A DNA stretch of 52,342 nucleotides from a virus (lineage: Duplodnaviria > Caudoviricetes): positions 1 through 52,342 of the IMG/VR virus record IMGVR_UViG_3300020166_000031; one strand, written 5' to 3'. Under the pieces are notes generated by a model. It saw only the letters and a list, made by a program, of their open reading frames with translations. It made no database searches and was not told where the DNA came from. The position numbers were made by a program, and so were the translations under genes. Position 1 is the stretch's first letter. Each line of letters starts with the position of its first letter. This document shows positions 27,303 through 36,795 of the stretch, in pieces.

Positions 27303-27518
27303 ATGACAGAGAACAAAGGTTACTGGTGGAAGGATAAGGTAGTTACACACTGTCCCAACTGCGTTACTAAGATGCGTACTCTAGACACTAGGCCATACCA
27401 TAAGCTTGGATATCCTAGCACTAGAAGAAGAAAGTACTGCAGCCAGTGTGACTTTGTAGCTGTGACTGTAGAGATACCAATAGAATTAAGTACAGAAATA
27501 GAAAAGGAAATAATATGA
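27303..27518 (+). CDS. NrdR-like N-terminal zinc-ribbon protein
   Basis: CPNC...LDTRP...TRRRKYCSQC...TVE. Confidence 0.6.
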   Translation: MTENKGYWWKDKVVTHCPNCVTKMRTLDTRPYHKLGYPSTRRRKYCSQCDFVAVTVEIPIELSTEIEKEII

Positions 27519-27775
27519 AAAGAAATTATCGTACTGCATATAATCAACTAAAGAAAATAGGAGCGCCTGTAATACTAGGTGGCTACAATGATGAGGATAC
27601 ATTTCGTATCTCAGGTGAGTCCAACTACCCTATCACTTGGGCTGACTGCTATGGTGGTGGTCAACCTGATCTAGACGACTTTGGTGTTAACAATAAGATT
27701 AATGCCATACTAGAGAAGCAGGGGTTGTATGCTGAGTGGATTAATGGTGGAGTCCTGGGTGTTGCAGAAATGTAA
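27515..27775 (+). CDS. Hypothetical protein
   Basis: 86 aa; AAGGA RBS. Confidence 0.65.
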   Translation: MKRNYRTAYNQLKKIGAPVILGGYNDEDTFRISGESNYPITWADCYGGGQPDLDDFGVNNKINAILEKQGLYAEWINGGVLGVAEM

Positions 27776-27854
27776 CGTGACATATTTGTAACATTGACTA
27801 ACACTAAAACTAATAATATATCTTACACATAATATAACATAGAGGAATATAAAT

Positions 27855-28085
27855 ATGAAAAATACAAATAAGAAAATGTCTCAACACACAATGATACTCA
27901 AGCACCTTCGTGCAACTAAGGGTCTAACCTTACGCGAAGCTTTGATAGACTATAGCATACAGTCTTTCACCAAGCGTATATCTGAGCTGCGTAAGTCAGG
28001 CTATAGGATTGATGGTATCCAAGGAAGACATCCAGTTACGAACCAAAGATACACACGTTACACATTAGTAGAGGAGAATGCATAA
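27855..28085 (+). CDS. Winged helix-turn-helix protein
   Basis: ILKHL...LTLREA...RISELRKSGYRI...YTRYTL. Confidence 0.7.
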   Translation: MKNTNKKMSQHTMILKHLRATKGLTLREALIDYSIQSFTKRISELRKSGYRIDGIQGRHPVTNQRYTRYTLVEENA

Positions 28086-28240
28086 TGACTGAAGTACAAC
28101 TAACACCTGAGTGGACTGCTACCATACTAGACGATGGTGGTATGGTAGTGAAGAGTTGGGATGAGGCAATAACCCTACCCAAAGAAAGCGTTACTAGGTT
28201 AGCAAATATCTTTAAGAAGATAGAAGAGGAGCGTTCATAG
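28085..28240 (+). CDS. Hypothetical 51-aa protein
   Basis: Manual ORF, TAATG-coupled, GGAG RBS. Confidence 0.55.
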   Translation: MTEVQLTPEWTATILDDGGMVVKSWDEAITLPKESVTRLANIFKKIEEERS

Positions 28241-28374
28241 TGCATAGACTTAACATCTATAGCACACTAACAGGTCAGCATATATGCTACCACACAGCGC
28301 GTAGCAGAGAAGAGTTGCTACGCCTATATAAAATGTATGATAAAATTAGAGACATAAGAATGGAGATAAAATGA
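28240..28374 (+). CDS. Hypothetical 44-aa protein
   Basis: Manual ORF with GTG start, AGGAG RBS, overlapping both neighbours. Confidence 0.45.
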   Translation: MHRLNIYSTLTGQHICYHTARSREELLRLYKMYDKIRDIRMEIK

Positions 28375-28610
28375 CTTTTATGATTGAGAAGAACGTACCC
28401 TTACCATCAACTAAGGATGGACGTGGTGCACCTAACAAAGGTTACGAAGCACTACTACAGCACATGAAGGTAGGCGATAGTGTCGTAGTAAAACGTGCTG
28501 CCTTGGCTAGTATATACACTCACGCTAAGAAGATAGGGTGTCAGGTTGTTACTCGTAAAGTAGATCAAGCTAACAGACGTGTATGGATGTTGAACAAGGG
28601 AGATGCATAA
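28371..28610 (+). CDS. Putative small DNA-binding protein
   Basis: IEKNVPLP...MKVGDSV...RVW pattern. Confidence 0.65.
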   Translation: MTFMIEKNVPLPSTKDGRGAPNKGYEALLQHMKVGDSVVVKRAALASIYTHAKKIGCQVVTRKVDQANRRVWMLNKGDA

Positions 28611-29095
28611 TGCCTAACTGGTGTGAGAATAGAGTAGTAATTACAGGTGATGTAAAAACATTACGTTCTATAAAGAAAGCGGCAGACAGTGATGGGTTAC
28701 TGGAACACCTAGCACCTATAGGTGAATGGGATTATGGTGTTGCCTGTAATAAGTGGAATACCAAGTGGGAAGTACATGATGTAGAGGCTAATCTGTTTGA
28801 GGATGGTGATACATCCAACCTACACTTAGGGTTTAACAGTGCATGGAGTCCACCCACAAGTGCGTATGATACAGGTGCTGATAGATTAAAGGTTAACATC
28901 GAGGCATCCTACTATGAGCCAGGAATAGGTTACATAGGACAGTATGATAGTGCTTTAGATATAGACGACTGCTTTGAGTATGACTTTAGCTTAGAAGATT
29001 GGAAGGATGGTATACCTACTGAACTGATAGAAGAGTTTGACTTAGATGGTGAGTACGTATGCTACCAAGAATGGCAGGAAGAAAACAATGCTTGA
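28610..29095 (+). CDS. DUF1281/YubB ferredoxin-like protein
   Basis: MPNWCEN start, WNTKWE, FNSAWSPP, YYEPG. Confidence 0.7.
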   Translation: MPNWCENRVVITGDVKTLRSIKKAADSDGLLEHLAPIGEWDYGVACNKWNTKWEVHDVEANLFEDGDTSNLHLGFNSAWSPPTSAYDTGADRLKVNIEASYYEPGIGYIGQYDSALDIDDCFEYDFSLEDWKDGIPTELIEEFDLDGEYVCYQEWQEENNA

Positions 29096-29294
29096 TCAAG
29101 AAGAAAGACTAAGGGTTGCACACCTAAGTGTCTGTGAACAGGAAAACAAAAGGATGCGTGAGATGTTTAACATACGCAACTACAAAGAGGGTGACCAGTG
29201 GACTGCCCAAAAGAATAGGCAGGAGACAGGCGCTAAGGGTGGTAGAAATACTAGACTTAAAAGGTTATGGGTAAAGGAAAGGAATGCAAGATGA
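29088..29294 (+). CDS. Hypothetical protein
   Basis: ORF in track; start moved to the ATG overlapping the upstream gene end. Confidence 0.55.
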   Translation: MLDQEERLRVAHLSVCEQENKRMREMFNIRNYKEGDQWTAQKNRQETGAKGGRNTRLKRLWVKERNAR

Positions 29295-29395
29295 TAGCAT
29301 CCAACATTCTAATGCATCTACTACCACTAACTGTGATTGCTGCCTACATAGGTGGGTTCTTATATATCTGGTACAGAAACGTGAAAGGAAGATAA
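29291..29395 (+). CDS. 34-aa membrane peptide
   Basis: Manual ORF, ATGA-coupled, hydrophobic. Confidence 0.5.
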   Translation: MIASNILMHLLPLTVIAAYIGGFLYIWYRNVKGR

Positions 29396-29396
29396 C

Positions 29397-30308
29397 ATGA
29401 AACCACCCAAGGGTAATGCTAAGTTGTGTGATATCATAGATTTTTATCTGGTATCCCCTGCCTTTGCTAGGCTATCTGGTGCATCTCAAAAGGATTATGA
29501 AATACATCTAGCGTCTGTGATTAATACACCTGTGGAAGGCAGGTCCCTTGGTGAGTATCGCTGTACTAATCTTAAGGTAAGACATCTTATACAGGCATAT
29601 GATACATGGCTTCAGACAGGAATACGTACAGCAAACTATCGTAAGGCTGTACTGTCTGCTGCTTGGAAGTATTCCATGAGACAAGACGTAATGATACACA
29701 ACCCAGTAGCACTTGTACCTACCAAGTCTAGCAAACCTAGGCGTGTGTACTGGAGTAGAGACCAGATCAAAACATTTCTTGAGACAGGTTACAGTGACTT
29801 CAGATGGCGTAGCATTAGTCTTATTGTACACATGGCATACGATTGGGGTCAGCGTATAGGTGACATGAGAGTTATGACTTGGGATACCTTAGACTTAGAT
29901 CAGTGTCGCTTAGACCTAACACAAAGTAAACGTAATGCTGAGATACACTTACCCATATCTAATGGGTTGTGTGATATGCTGCGACAACAAAAGGAAGACT
30001 TTGGATTCCAGGAATATGTAGCACCTAGGGTTAAGCCAAGGGCAGGTGCATACACACCTTACGATAAGGGTGAAATATCTTTACTTATCAATGAGGTACT
30101 GGACGAAGCTAATCTACCTAGAGAACTTACAGCTATGGACTTACGCCGTACCGCTGTGACTGAGATGATGGAAGGTGGGGTTGACTTAGCTAATATCATG
30201 CAGGTAACAGGACATAAGAATATACAATCAGTTAAGCCCTACATGGTGAACACATTGAGTGGTGCATCTAAGGCACTGTCAGCGAGAGGAAATGAAGAGG
30301 ATGAGTAA
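29397..30308 (+). CDS. Tyrosine recombinase/integrase
   Basis: GQRIGD, QSKR, DLRRT, TGH and catalytic Y in VKPY. Confidence 0.9.
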   Translation: MKPPKGNAKLCDIIDFYLVSPAFARLSGASQKDYEIHLASVINTPVEGRSLGEYRCTNLKVRHLIQAYDTWLQTGIRTANYRKAVLSAAWKYSMRQDVMIHNPVALVPTKSSKPRRVYWSRDQIKTFLETGYSDFRWRSISLIVHMAYDWGQRIGDMRVMTWDTLDLDQCRLDLTQSKRNAEIHLPISNGLCDMLRQQKEDFGFQEYVAPRVKPRAGAYTPYDKGEISLLINEVLDEANLPRELTAMDLRRTAVTEMMEGGVDLANIMQVTGHKNIQSVKPYMVNTLSGASKALSARGNEEDE

Positions 30309-31089
30309 CTGGCAACAGCACAGAGAATATGCTGAGTCTGTAACCGCACATGGATCACACCGAGGTGACTGTCCTTTCTGTAGAGGTAAGAATACTTTCT
30401 CAGCCTCTTGCGAGTATGGTCTATTGATGTATAACTGTTATAAGTTAGGGTGTAATGTAGGTGGTAAGTTTGATACAGACATGACTGCATCTGAGATACG
30501 CAGACACTTACGCCCAGCGCAAGATCAAACCAAGAGAGAGGTAGAAACTATGGAGATACCAGCCCAGCTAGTAGAACCAACACGACAACATACTAAGCAC
30601 AATAGATTCATGAGGCGCTGGGGTATAGTAGGTAACACATTCTATGACGTTCAACAGGAGAGGGTAGTCTTTCCTATATACTACAAACATCAGATGATTG
30701 ATGCTATAGGTAGAGCAGTAGGCGCTACTCAAAACCCTAAGTGGTATCGCTACACAGGCGCAGCAGACTACTATACAGTAGGTGAAGGTGATACAATACT
30801 TATTGTAGAGGATGTAGTCTCAGCTATTGTAGCCTATCAAGAATTGTCTGATGTAACTTGCATGGCAATCCTGGGTACTAGCATGAACCATAAACATTTT
30901 GAGAAGATAGGTGAGTATGACAAGGCTGTGATTGCACTAGATCCTGATGCACTATCAAAGACTATTGAGTACCGCAGAGAGATAGAGTTGTGGACAGGAA
31001 ACAAAACAGTAGCACTAAGTCTTTCTGATGATATAAAGTATCGTATGCCAGAAGACATGGAGAAACTTGCTGACTTGAGTAAGTATTAA
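30301..31089 (+). CDS. DNA primase (zinc finger plus TOPRIM)
   Basis: CPFC...CYKLGC, IVED, ALDPDA; likely start ATG 30301. Confidence 0.85.
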   Translation: MSNWQQHREYAESVTAHGSHRGDCPFCRGKNTFSASCEYGLLMYNCYKLGCNVGGKFDTDMTASEIRRHLRPAQDQTKREVETMEIPAQLVEPTRQHTKHNRFMRRWGIVGNTFYDVQQERVVFPIYYKHQMIDAIGRAVGATQNPKWYRYTGAADYYTVGEGDTILIVEDVVSAIVAYQELSDVTCMAILGTSMNHKHFEKIGEYDKAVIALDPDALSKTIEYRREIELWTGNKTVALSLSDDIKYRMPEDMEKLADLSKY

Positions 31090-31093
31090 ACCT

Positions 31094-31360
31094 ATGGTAG
31101 ACCCTAACTCTATACCAGAACTATTATCAGAGGACAGAATGGATAACGTAAACAACCCAGCACACTATGGTAAAGGTAGGATTGAATGTATTGATTACAT
31201 AGAAGACTTCCTAACCGAAGAAGAATACATAGGTTATCTGAGAGGTAACATTGCTAAGTATCTACATCGCTGGAGATATAAGAACAAACAAGAAGACCTA
31301 CTGAAATCACAATGGTACTTAGCTAGGTTAATAAAACTAACAGGAAAGGCAGATGTATGA
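31094..31360 (+). CDS. DUF3310 protein
   Basis: VNNPAHY...IECID...GNIAKYLHRWRYKN..EDLLKSQWYL. Confidence 0.85.
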   Translation: MVDPNSIPELLSEDRMDNVNNPAHYGKGRIECIDYIEDFLTEEEYIGYLRGNIAKYLHRWRYKNKQEDLLKSQWYLARLIKLTGKADV

Positions 31361-31485
31361 TACCAGTATCAATGTTAAGAAGATTACTTACCAAAGAAGG
31401 ATTAGAGTTTAAGATTGTTAAAGTTACAGGTAATGTAGCGCAGGTAAATATAATTGTAGCGGAGGGATCGGATGTTCACAGTTGA
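31357..31485 (+). CDS. Hypothetical 42-aa protein
   Basis: Manual ORF, ATGA-coupled. Confidence 0.5.
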   Translation: MIPVSMLRRLLTKEGLEFKIVKVTGNVAQVNIIVAEGSDVHS

Positions 31486-31711
31486 GTTTGAATCTGATGC
31501 ATCTATAATAACTACACTAGATCATACAGATAAGCATGAAGATGTAGAGATAATATTTGGTGATGAGGGTACTGTATACATGAGACAGTTCGAACCTGAG
31601 ATGGATGCTTATCAAATGTTAATCATGAGTAGCCAACAGTGGTTGGACATTATGGCTGCATATAAGAGTAGTGCAGGAGCATATTACTTGGAGCCAAAAG
31701 TAGATATATAA
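31472..31711 (+). CDS. Hypothetical protein
   Basis: GGAGG RBS. Confidence 0.7.
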   Translation: MFTVEFESDASIITTLDHTDKHEDVEIIFGDEGTVYMRQFEPEMDAYQMLIMSSQQWLDIMAAYKSSAGAYYLEPKVDI

Positions 31712-31736
31712 TATATTGTTGTAGGAGACATAAAGA

Positions 31737-32957
31737 ATGATGGAATTAGCACTGATTAAAACGTTACTAGATCGTAACTTCTATGATCAACACAAGGGTA
31801 TACGTTGCCCAGATAAAATATTTAGTAAGGATGTACGTAAGATTAAACAGGCACTTGATGGTGCTATGGAAGCCTATGAAGGTGACCTAACTGTTGCTGA
31901 CCTAGAGGCTGTGTTCAATAGAATGAACGCTAGTCTTACCACAGCAACACGTGGAGCATATGAAGATCTGTTTAAACGTATATCAATTACTGAGCCTATC
32001 AAAGAAGAGATAGCACAAGACACACTATCACAGTTGTTTCAACAGCATGTAGGTGATCGTGTAGCCAACCTAGGATTCGACTTTGTTAATGGTACAGAGG
32101 ATAGCCTAGAACCTTTGAGACAACTACTAGAGGAATACAAAAATGATTTTACTCCTAACCTGCGTGTTGATTGGGATGATAATAGTCTTGACACGATACT
32201 TAATGCAACGCTTCTGGAATCCAAGTGGGGATTTAACATATCTTCCTTGGCTCGTAGGGTGGAAGGTGTTAGTGGTGGTCACCTTGTATTGGTTGGCGCT
32301 CGTCCCAATACTGGTAAAACTTCTTTCCATGCCAGTATTATAGCAGGTGCTGAGGGCTTTGCACATCAGGGTGCTAAGTGTATTGTACTGTGTAACGAAG
32401 AGGCATACACACGTGTTGCTGCACGTTACATAAGTGCAACAGCTAACATGACAATGAAAGAAGTTAGAGAGAATAAAGCTCTAGCACAGAAACGTTATGA
32501 ACCTATTCGCAAGAATGTCTTGTTCAAGGATAGTACAGGTAAGGGTATGGCATGGGTTGAGTCTGTTGTTAAACAAGAGAAGCCTGACATTGTAGTGTTA
32601 GATATGGGAGATAAGTTTGCTGATGTGAGTAGTGAGAGAAGTGACATCACACTCAAGACTGCTGCTATCCATGCACGTAACATTGCTAAGCAGTATGATT
32701 GCTGTGTGATCTGGATGTCACAACTATCTGCTGAAGCAGAAGGTAAGGTAGATCTTAACCAAGCAATGATGGAAGGATCTAAGACAGGAAAGGCAGCTGA
32801 AGCTGACCTGATGCTATTGATAGGTAAAGCACCGCAAGTTGAAGGGGGAGATGAAGACCCAGTTCGTTTTTTAAACCTAGCCAAGAATAAGTTGAATGGG
32901 TATCAGGGTAGGATCGCCTGTGTATTGGATGGATCACGCTCTATCTATTCAGCTTGA
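31737..32957 (+). CDS. DnaB-like replicative helicase
   Basis: GARPNTGKT Walker A, VVLD, MSQLS, KNKLNG. Confidence 0.9.
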   Translation: MMELALIKTLLDRNFYDQHKGIRCPDKIFSKDVRKIKQALDGAMEAYEGDLTVADLEAVFNRMNASLTTATRGAYEDLFKRISITEPIKEEIAQDTLSQLFQQHVGDRVANLGFDFVNGTEDSLEPLRQLLEEYKNDFTPNLRVDWDDNSLDTILNATLLESKWGFNISSLARRVEGVSGGHLVLVGARPNTGKTSFHASIIAGAEGFAHQGAKCIVLCNEEAYTRVAARYISATANMTMKEVRENKALAQKRYEPIRKNVLFKDSTGKGMAWVESVVKQEKPDIVVLDMGDKFADVSSERSDITLKTAAIHARNIAKQYDCCVIWMSQLSAEAEGKVDLNQAMMEGSKTGKAAEADLMLLIGKAPQVEGGDEDPVRFLNLAKNKLNGYQGRIACVLDGSRSIYSA

Positions 32958-32965
32958 GGTAAGAT

Positions 32966-35014
32966 ATGAGATTAGTATTAGACGTTGAGAATAGCACAAC
33001 AAAACGCAACGGCAAAGATCACATGGACCCGTTTGAGATTGACAATCATTTAGTCCAAGTTGGTATGGTTAATGCAGACAACCATGATGAACTACACATT
33101 GTAAACATAGACCATGATGAAGCAAAGGATACGTCAGGCGCTGGGAATAAGCTAGTCCAGGATATATTAGACTTAACAACACTACTCATAATGCACAACG
33201 CACAACACGATATGATGTGGTTGTGGGAGTCAGGCTTCAAGTATGATGGCTTGATCTATGATACAATGTTAGCAGAGTATATACTTGATAGAGGGCAACG
33301 CACTCCATTAAGCTTAGGTGCTTGTGCTGAACGCAGAAACCTAGAGGTACAGAAAGATGATACACTTAAAAGATATTTTAAAGAAGGCTATACTACAAAT
33401 GAGATACCGTTGGATGAGCTTAGCTTTTATCTTAGGTGTGACCTGCTTTCAACTAGCTGGTTGTTCCATAGTATCGAAGCAGACTACGCCAAGCCCGAAT
33501 CTACAGGTCTCAAAGTCATTAGAGATACCACCTTCATCACCTGTAAAACCCTTACCAGAATGTACATGTCAGGAATCAGGGTGGATAGATCTGCCCTTGA
33601 CGAGGTAAGACTACAGTTTGAACAAGAGAAGGCAGAGATTGAAAGTAGGCTACAGAAGAAAGTTCGTCAGCTTATGGGTGACACACCTATAAATCTCAGT
33701 AGTCCAGAGCAGATGTCTCAGGTTGTATTCTCTCTGCGTATGGTTAACAAGAAAGAGTGGGCTGATCTGTTTGAGTTTACTTCTACAGTAGATGAATATA
33801 AAGATGCTGTTAAAGCAAACTCTAAACGTGTATATAGAACAGAAGCATTTACATGCCCTACCTGTGAGGGACAAGGCAAGACATATAAAGTAAAGAAGGA
33901 TGGTACAAAGTATGCTAGACCTAACAAGTGTAAGGACTGTGATACGCGAGGGTTTCAGCTAAAAGAAACAAAACAAGTTGCTGGTCTAAAATTTACAGCA
34001 CCCAATAAGAAATGGATTAGTGCTAATGGTTTTAGTACAAGTAAAGATAACCTAGAGATCTTAGCGGCTACTGCAAGAAATAACAACATGGCAGAGGCTG
34101 AGTCTTTTCTTAATGATCTTAAACGTTTGTCTGCTATTAGTAGCTACCTAAGTTCTTTTGTTGAGGGTATATCAAACTACACTAAACATGATGGGTTCTT
34201 ACATGTAAGTTTAACTCAGCACATAACAGCTACTGGACGTTTCAGTGGACGCAATCCTAACATGCAGAACATGCCCAGAGGTGGTACGTTTCCTGTGAAG
34301 AAAGTCTTTGTTTCACGATGGGAAAATGGTAAGATTATGGAAGCTGACTTTGCTCAACTTGAGTTTCGTACTGCTGCATTCTTAGCACAGGACGAGACTG
34401 CTATGAAAGAGATAGACACAGGGTTTGATGTGCATAGTTACACTGCTAAAGTTATTACAGATGCAGGGCAGAAGACTTCTCGCCAGGATGCCAAGGCACA
34501 TACATTTGCCCCTCTCTTCGGAGCTACAGGGTATGGAAGATCTAAGGCTGAAGCCGCTTACTATAAACATTTTATTGAGAAGTATGAGGGTATTGCTGCA
34601 TGGCATAAAGAGTTAGGTGATGAGGCATTACGGTTTAATAAGATAACTAATAAGTCAGGGCGACAGTATGCTTTCCCTAATGTAAAACGCAGGGACAATG
34701 GTATGCCAAGTCACTTCACAATGATTAAGAACTATCCAGTGCAAGGGTTTGCAACAGGTGATGTAGTACCTATTGTGTTGAATGAGCTTCACGAATTGTT
34801 ACAACCATACAACTCTGTCGTAGTTAATTCAGTACACGACAGTATGGTAATTGACATACACCCTGATGAAGAACAACAAGTTATTGATATAATAGAATCA
34901 CTTAACGATAATATAAACGATCTTGTAGAAAAAACGTACAATGTAAAGATGAATGTACCACTACTACTTGAAGCAAAAATCGGATCAAACTGGCTTGACA
35001 CAGTTGACGTATAA
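32966..35014 (+). CDS. polA: Family A DNA polymerase with 3'-5' exonuclease and DnaJ-type zinc finger
   Basis: LDVE, YDTM, TGRFS...PNMQNMP, DFAQLE, NYPVQG, VHDS; insert CPTCEGQG...CKDCDTRG. Confidence 0.95.
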   Translation: MRLVLDVENSTTKRNGKDHMDPFEIDNHLVQVGMVNADNHDELHIVNIDHDEAKDTSGAGNKLVQDILDLTTLLIMHNAQHDMMWLWESGFKYDGLIYDTMLAEYILDRGQRTPLSLGACAERRNLEVQKDDTLKRYFKEGYTTNEIPLDELSFYLRCDLLSTSWLFHSIEADYAKPESTGLKVIRDTTFITCKTLTRMYMSGIRVDRSALDEVRLQFEQEKAEIESRLQKKVRQLMGDTPINLSSPEQMSQVVFSLRMVNKKEWADLFEFTSTVDEYKDAVKANSKRVYRTEAFTCPTCEGQGKTYKVKKDGTKYARPNKCKDCDTRGFQLKETKQVAGLKFTAPNKKWISANGFSTSKDNLEILAATARNNNMAEAESFLNDLKRLSAISSYLSSFVEGISNYTKHDGFLHVSLTQHITATGRFSGRNPNMQNMPRGGTFPVKKVFVSRWENGKIMEADFAQLEFRTAAFLAQDETAMKEIDTGFDVHSYTAKVITDAGQKTSRQDAKAHTFAPLFGATGYGRSKAEAAYYKHFIEKYEGIAAWHKELGDEALRFNKITNKSGRQYAFPNVKRRDNGMPSHFTMIKNYPVQGFATGDVVPIVLNELHELLQPYNSVVVNSVHDSMVIDIHPDEEQQVIDIIESLNDNINDLVEKTYNVKMNVPLLLEAKIGSNWLDTVDV

Positions 35015-35022
35015 TGTATAAC
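34995..35022 (+). promoter_or_regulatory. Sigma70-like promoter
   Basis: TTGACA-N16-TATAAC(T). Confidence 0.6.
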
Positions 35023-35056
35023 TAGGAACTCTTTGAATCTATAGAAAGGTATAGAA

Positions 35057-35935
35057 ATGAGCAATGAACTATCAATCGCGAATGAACGCGGTCAATCAAT
35101 GGCAGAACTTATGGGCGTGTCAGCGTCTAGTGGTGACTCAACACCATCTATTGCACGTATGGGTATGCTGCACTCACCCCTCATGGGTGAAATAGACGTA
35201 GGTGGTAAGACAATCAAGACTGAGGTAGTACCAGTAGGTGCATTCATCCTTAATCGTGGTGACGAAAAGATCTACAGTAATGGTATTACAGTACGTATCT
35301 TTGCCCAGCGCCAACAGTGGCAACGTTGGAACAGTGAAACAGAAGAGATGGAGAAGTCTGTCTTAGCTAACTCACTCAATGGTGACATGAAGGATAGCAT
35401 AGGTGGCTTCAACTTGGGTAGACCATCAGGTTGGATCGAAGACTTCCAAGCTTTAGATGATGCTACTAAGCAGGTTATTCGTAGTGTTAAGCGTGTTAAT
35501 GTTTACTATGGTACAGTAACACTAGATGATCCTATCAATGATAAGGGTGAATCACTCGATAAGTCTGCGTATAAAGATGTACCATTTGTTATGGACGTTA
35601 AGAATCGTGACTCACTCAAGAGCATCAATGGTGTTCTAGGTGTGCTGAAGCGCAAGAACTTACTACCTATCATGTCTTTTATTAAGTTTATGGGCGTAGA
35701 AGATAGCATCCCAACAGGTGCTAAGTTTGGTAAGATCAAAGCAGGATCAGGTGAAAAGGTTGATCTTGGTGAGGGCGACAATGAGATGTTAAAAGATTTC
35801 ATTGAGCTTATCGAGTACAGTAATGGTAAGATCTTAGACTTATACCATGAGAGGTTCGACAAAGCTATGTCTGAGGATGATGAGTCTGTAGTAACAGACA
35901 TTATCAACAATGACTTCATCGAGGTAAGCCCATGA
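35057..35935 (+). CDS. Replication-module protein, possibly ssDNA-binding
   Basis: Position after the polymerase, own promoter, acidic C-terminus; function inferred only. Confidence 0.5.
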   Translation: MSNELSIANERGQSMAELMGVSASSGDSTPSIARMGMLHSPLMGEIDVGGKTIKTEVVPVGAFILNRGDEKIYSNGITVRIFAQRQQWQRWNSETEEMEKSVLANSLNGDMKDSIGGFNLGRPSGWIEDFQALDDATKQVIRSVKRVNVYYGTVTLDDPINDKGESLDKSAYKDVPFVMDVKNRDSLKSINGVLGVLKRKNLLPIMSFIKFMGVEDSIPTGAKFGKIKAGSGEKVDLGEGDNEMLKDFIELIEYSNGKILDLYHERFDKAMSEDDESVVTDIINNDFIEVSP

Positions 35936-36795
35936 ATCACCCAGCAGAATTAGCAATCTACAGTTTTCTGCAGAAGGCTTTAGCTGGTGAAGCAAACATG
36001 ACAGAGGCGGTGACCAAACAGGTTGCCGCTGATGTTGAGGCAGCGTTGAACAAACAGTTTAACTCTCCCCCACGTGGTGACTTTCGCCTACGTATGTCTA
36101 ACATAGGTAAAGCCCCATGCCAGTTGTGGTTTGAAAAGAATGATCCAGAAGATCGTAGACCCTTCCCACCACACTTCTTAATGAACATGATCCTTGGTGA
36201 TATCGTTGAGGCTGTGTTCAAAGGACTACTTCGTGCAGTAGACCAAGAGTTTAAAGACAATGAGATTGTCACACTCAAGTTACCCAATGGTCAGGAGATC
36301 AAGGGTGAGTACGATATGGAGATGGATGGTAAGATTGACGATGTTAAGTCTGCCTCTCCTTGGTCATACAAGAATAAGTTTGAAAGCTTTGAGGCACTCA
36401 ACAAGGATGATAGCTTCGGTTATGTATCACAGCTTGTAGGCTACGCAGAAGCCGCTGGAAAGGGTGTAGGCGGTTGGTGGGTAGTCAACAAAGGAAATGG
36501 TGAGTTTAAGTATGTAGACGCTTCTGAGGTGGACAAGGAAGCTGTCATAGATAGCATTCAATCTACTGTGGATTACATCGAGAGTGATGCACCATTCAAA
36601 CGTTGCTACGAAGCAGTACCTGAGACGTACTTCAAGAAGCCCAGCGGTAACTTAGTACTTAACTCTAAGTGTCACTGGTGTGACTTCAAGCACAAGTGTT
36701 GGGATCTACAAGAGTTACCTTCACGTGTGTACAAGGGTAAGAAAGAAGCACCTCTTGTAGAGTATGTACTTGTTGGAGATGGGCGTGGTTCGTAA
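35932..36795 (+). CDS. PD-(D/E)XK exonuclease (Cas4-like)
   Basis: RMSNIG..PCQLW, GEYD...DDVKS, QLVGY, CHWCDFKHKCW. Confidence 0.8.
   Translation: MNHPAELAIYSFLQKALAGEANMTEAVTKQVAADVEAALNKQFNSPPRGDFRLRMSNIGKAPCQLWFEKNDPEDRRPFPPHFLMNMILGDIVEAVFKGLLRAVDQEFKDNEIVTLKLPNGQEIKGEYDMEMDGKIDDVKSASPWSYKNKFESFEALNKDDSFGYVSQLVGYAEAAGKGVGGWWVVNKGNGEFKYVDASEVDKEAVIDSIQSTVDYIESDAPFKRCYEAVPETYFKKPSGNLVLNSKCHWCDFKHKCWDLQELPSRVYKGKKEAPLVEYVLVGDGRGS

Noticed and set aside
31705-31721. NrdR-box-like ATATAATATATTGT upstream of the helicase
   Set aside because: Single, low-complexity AT match lacking the conserved C positions.
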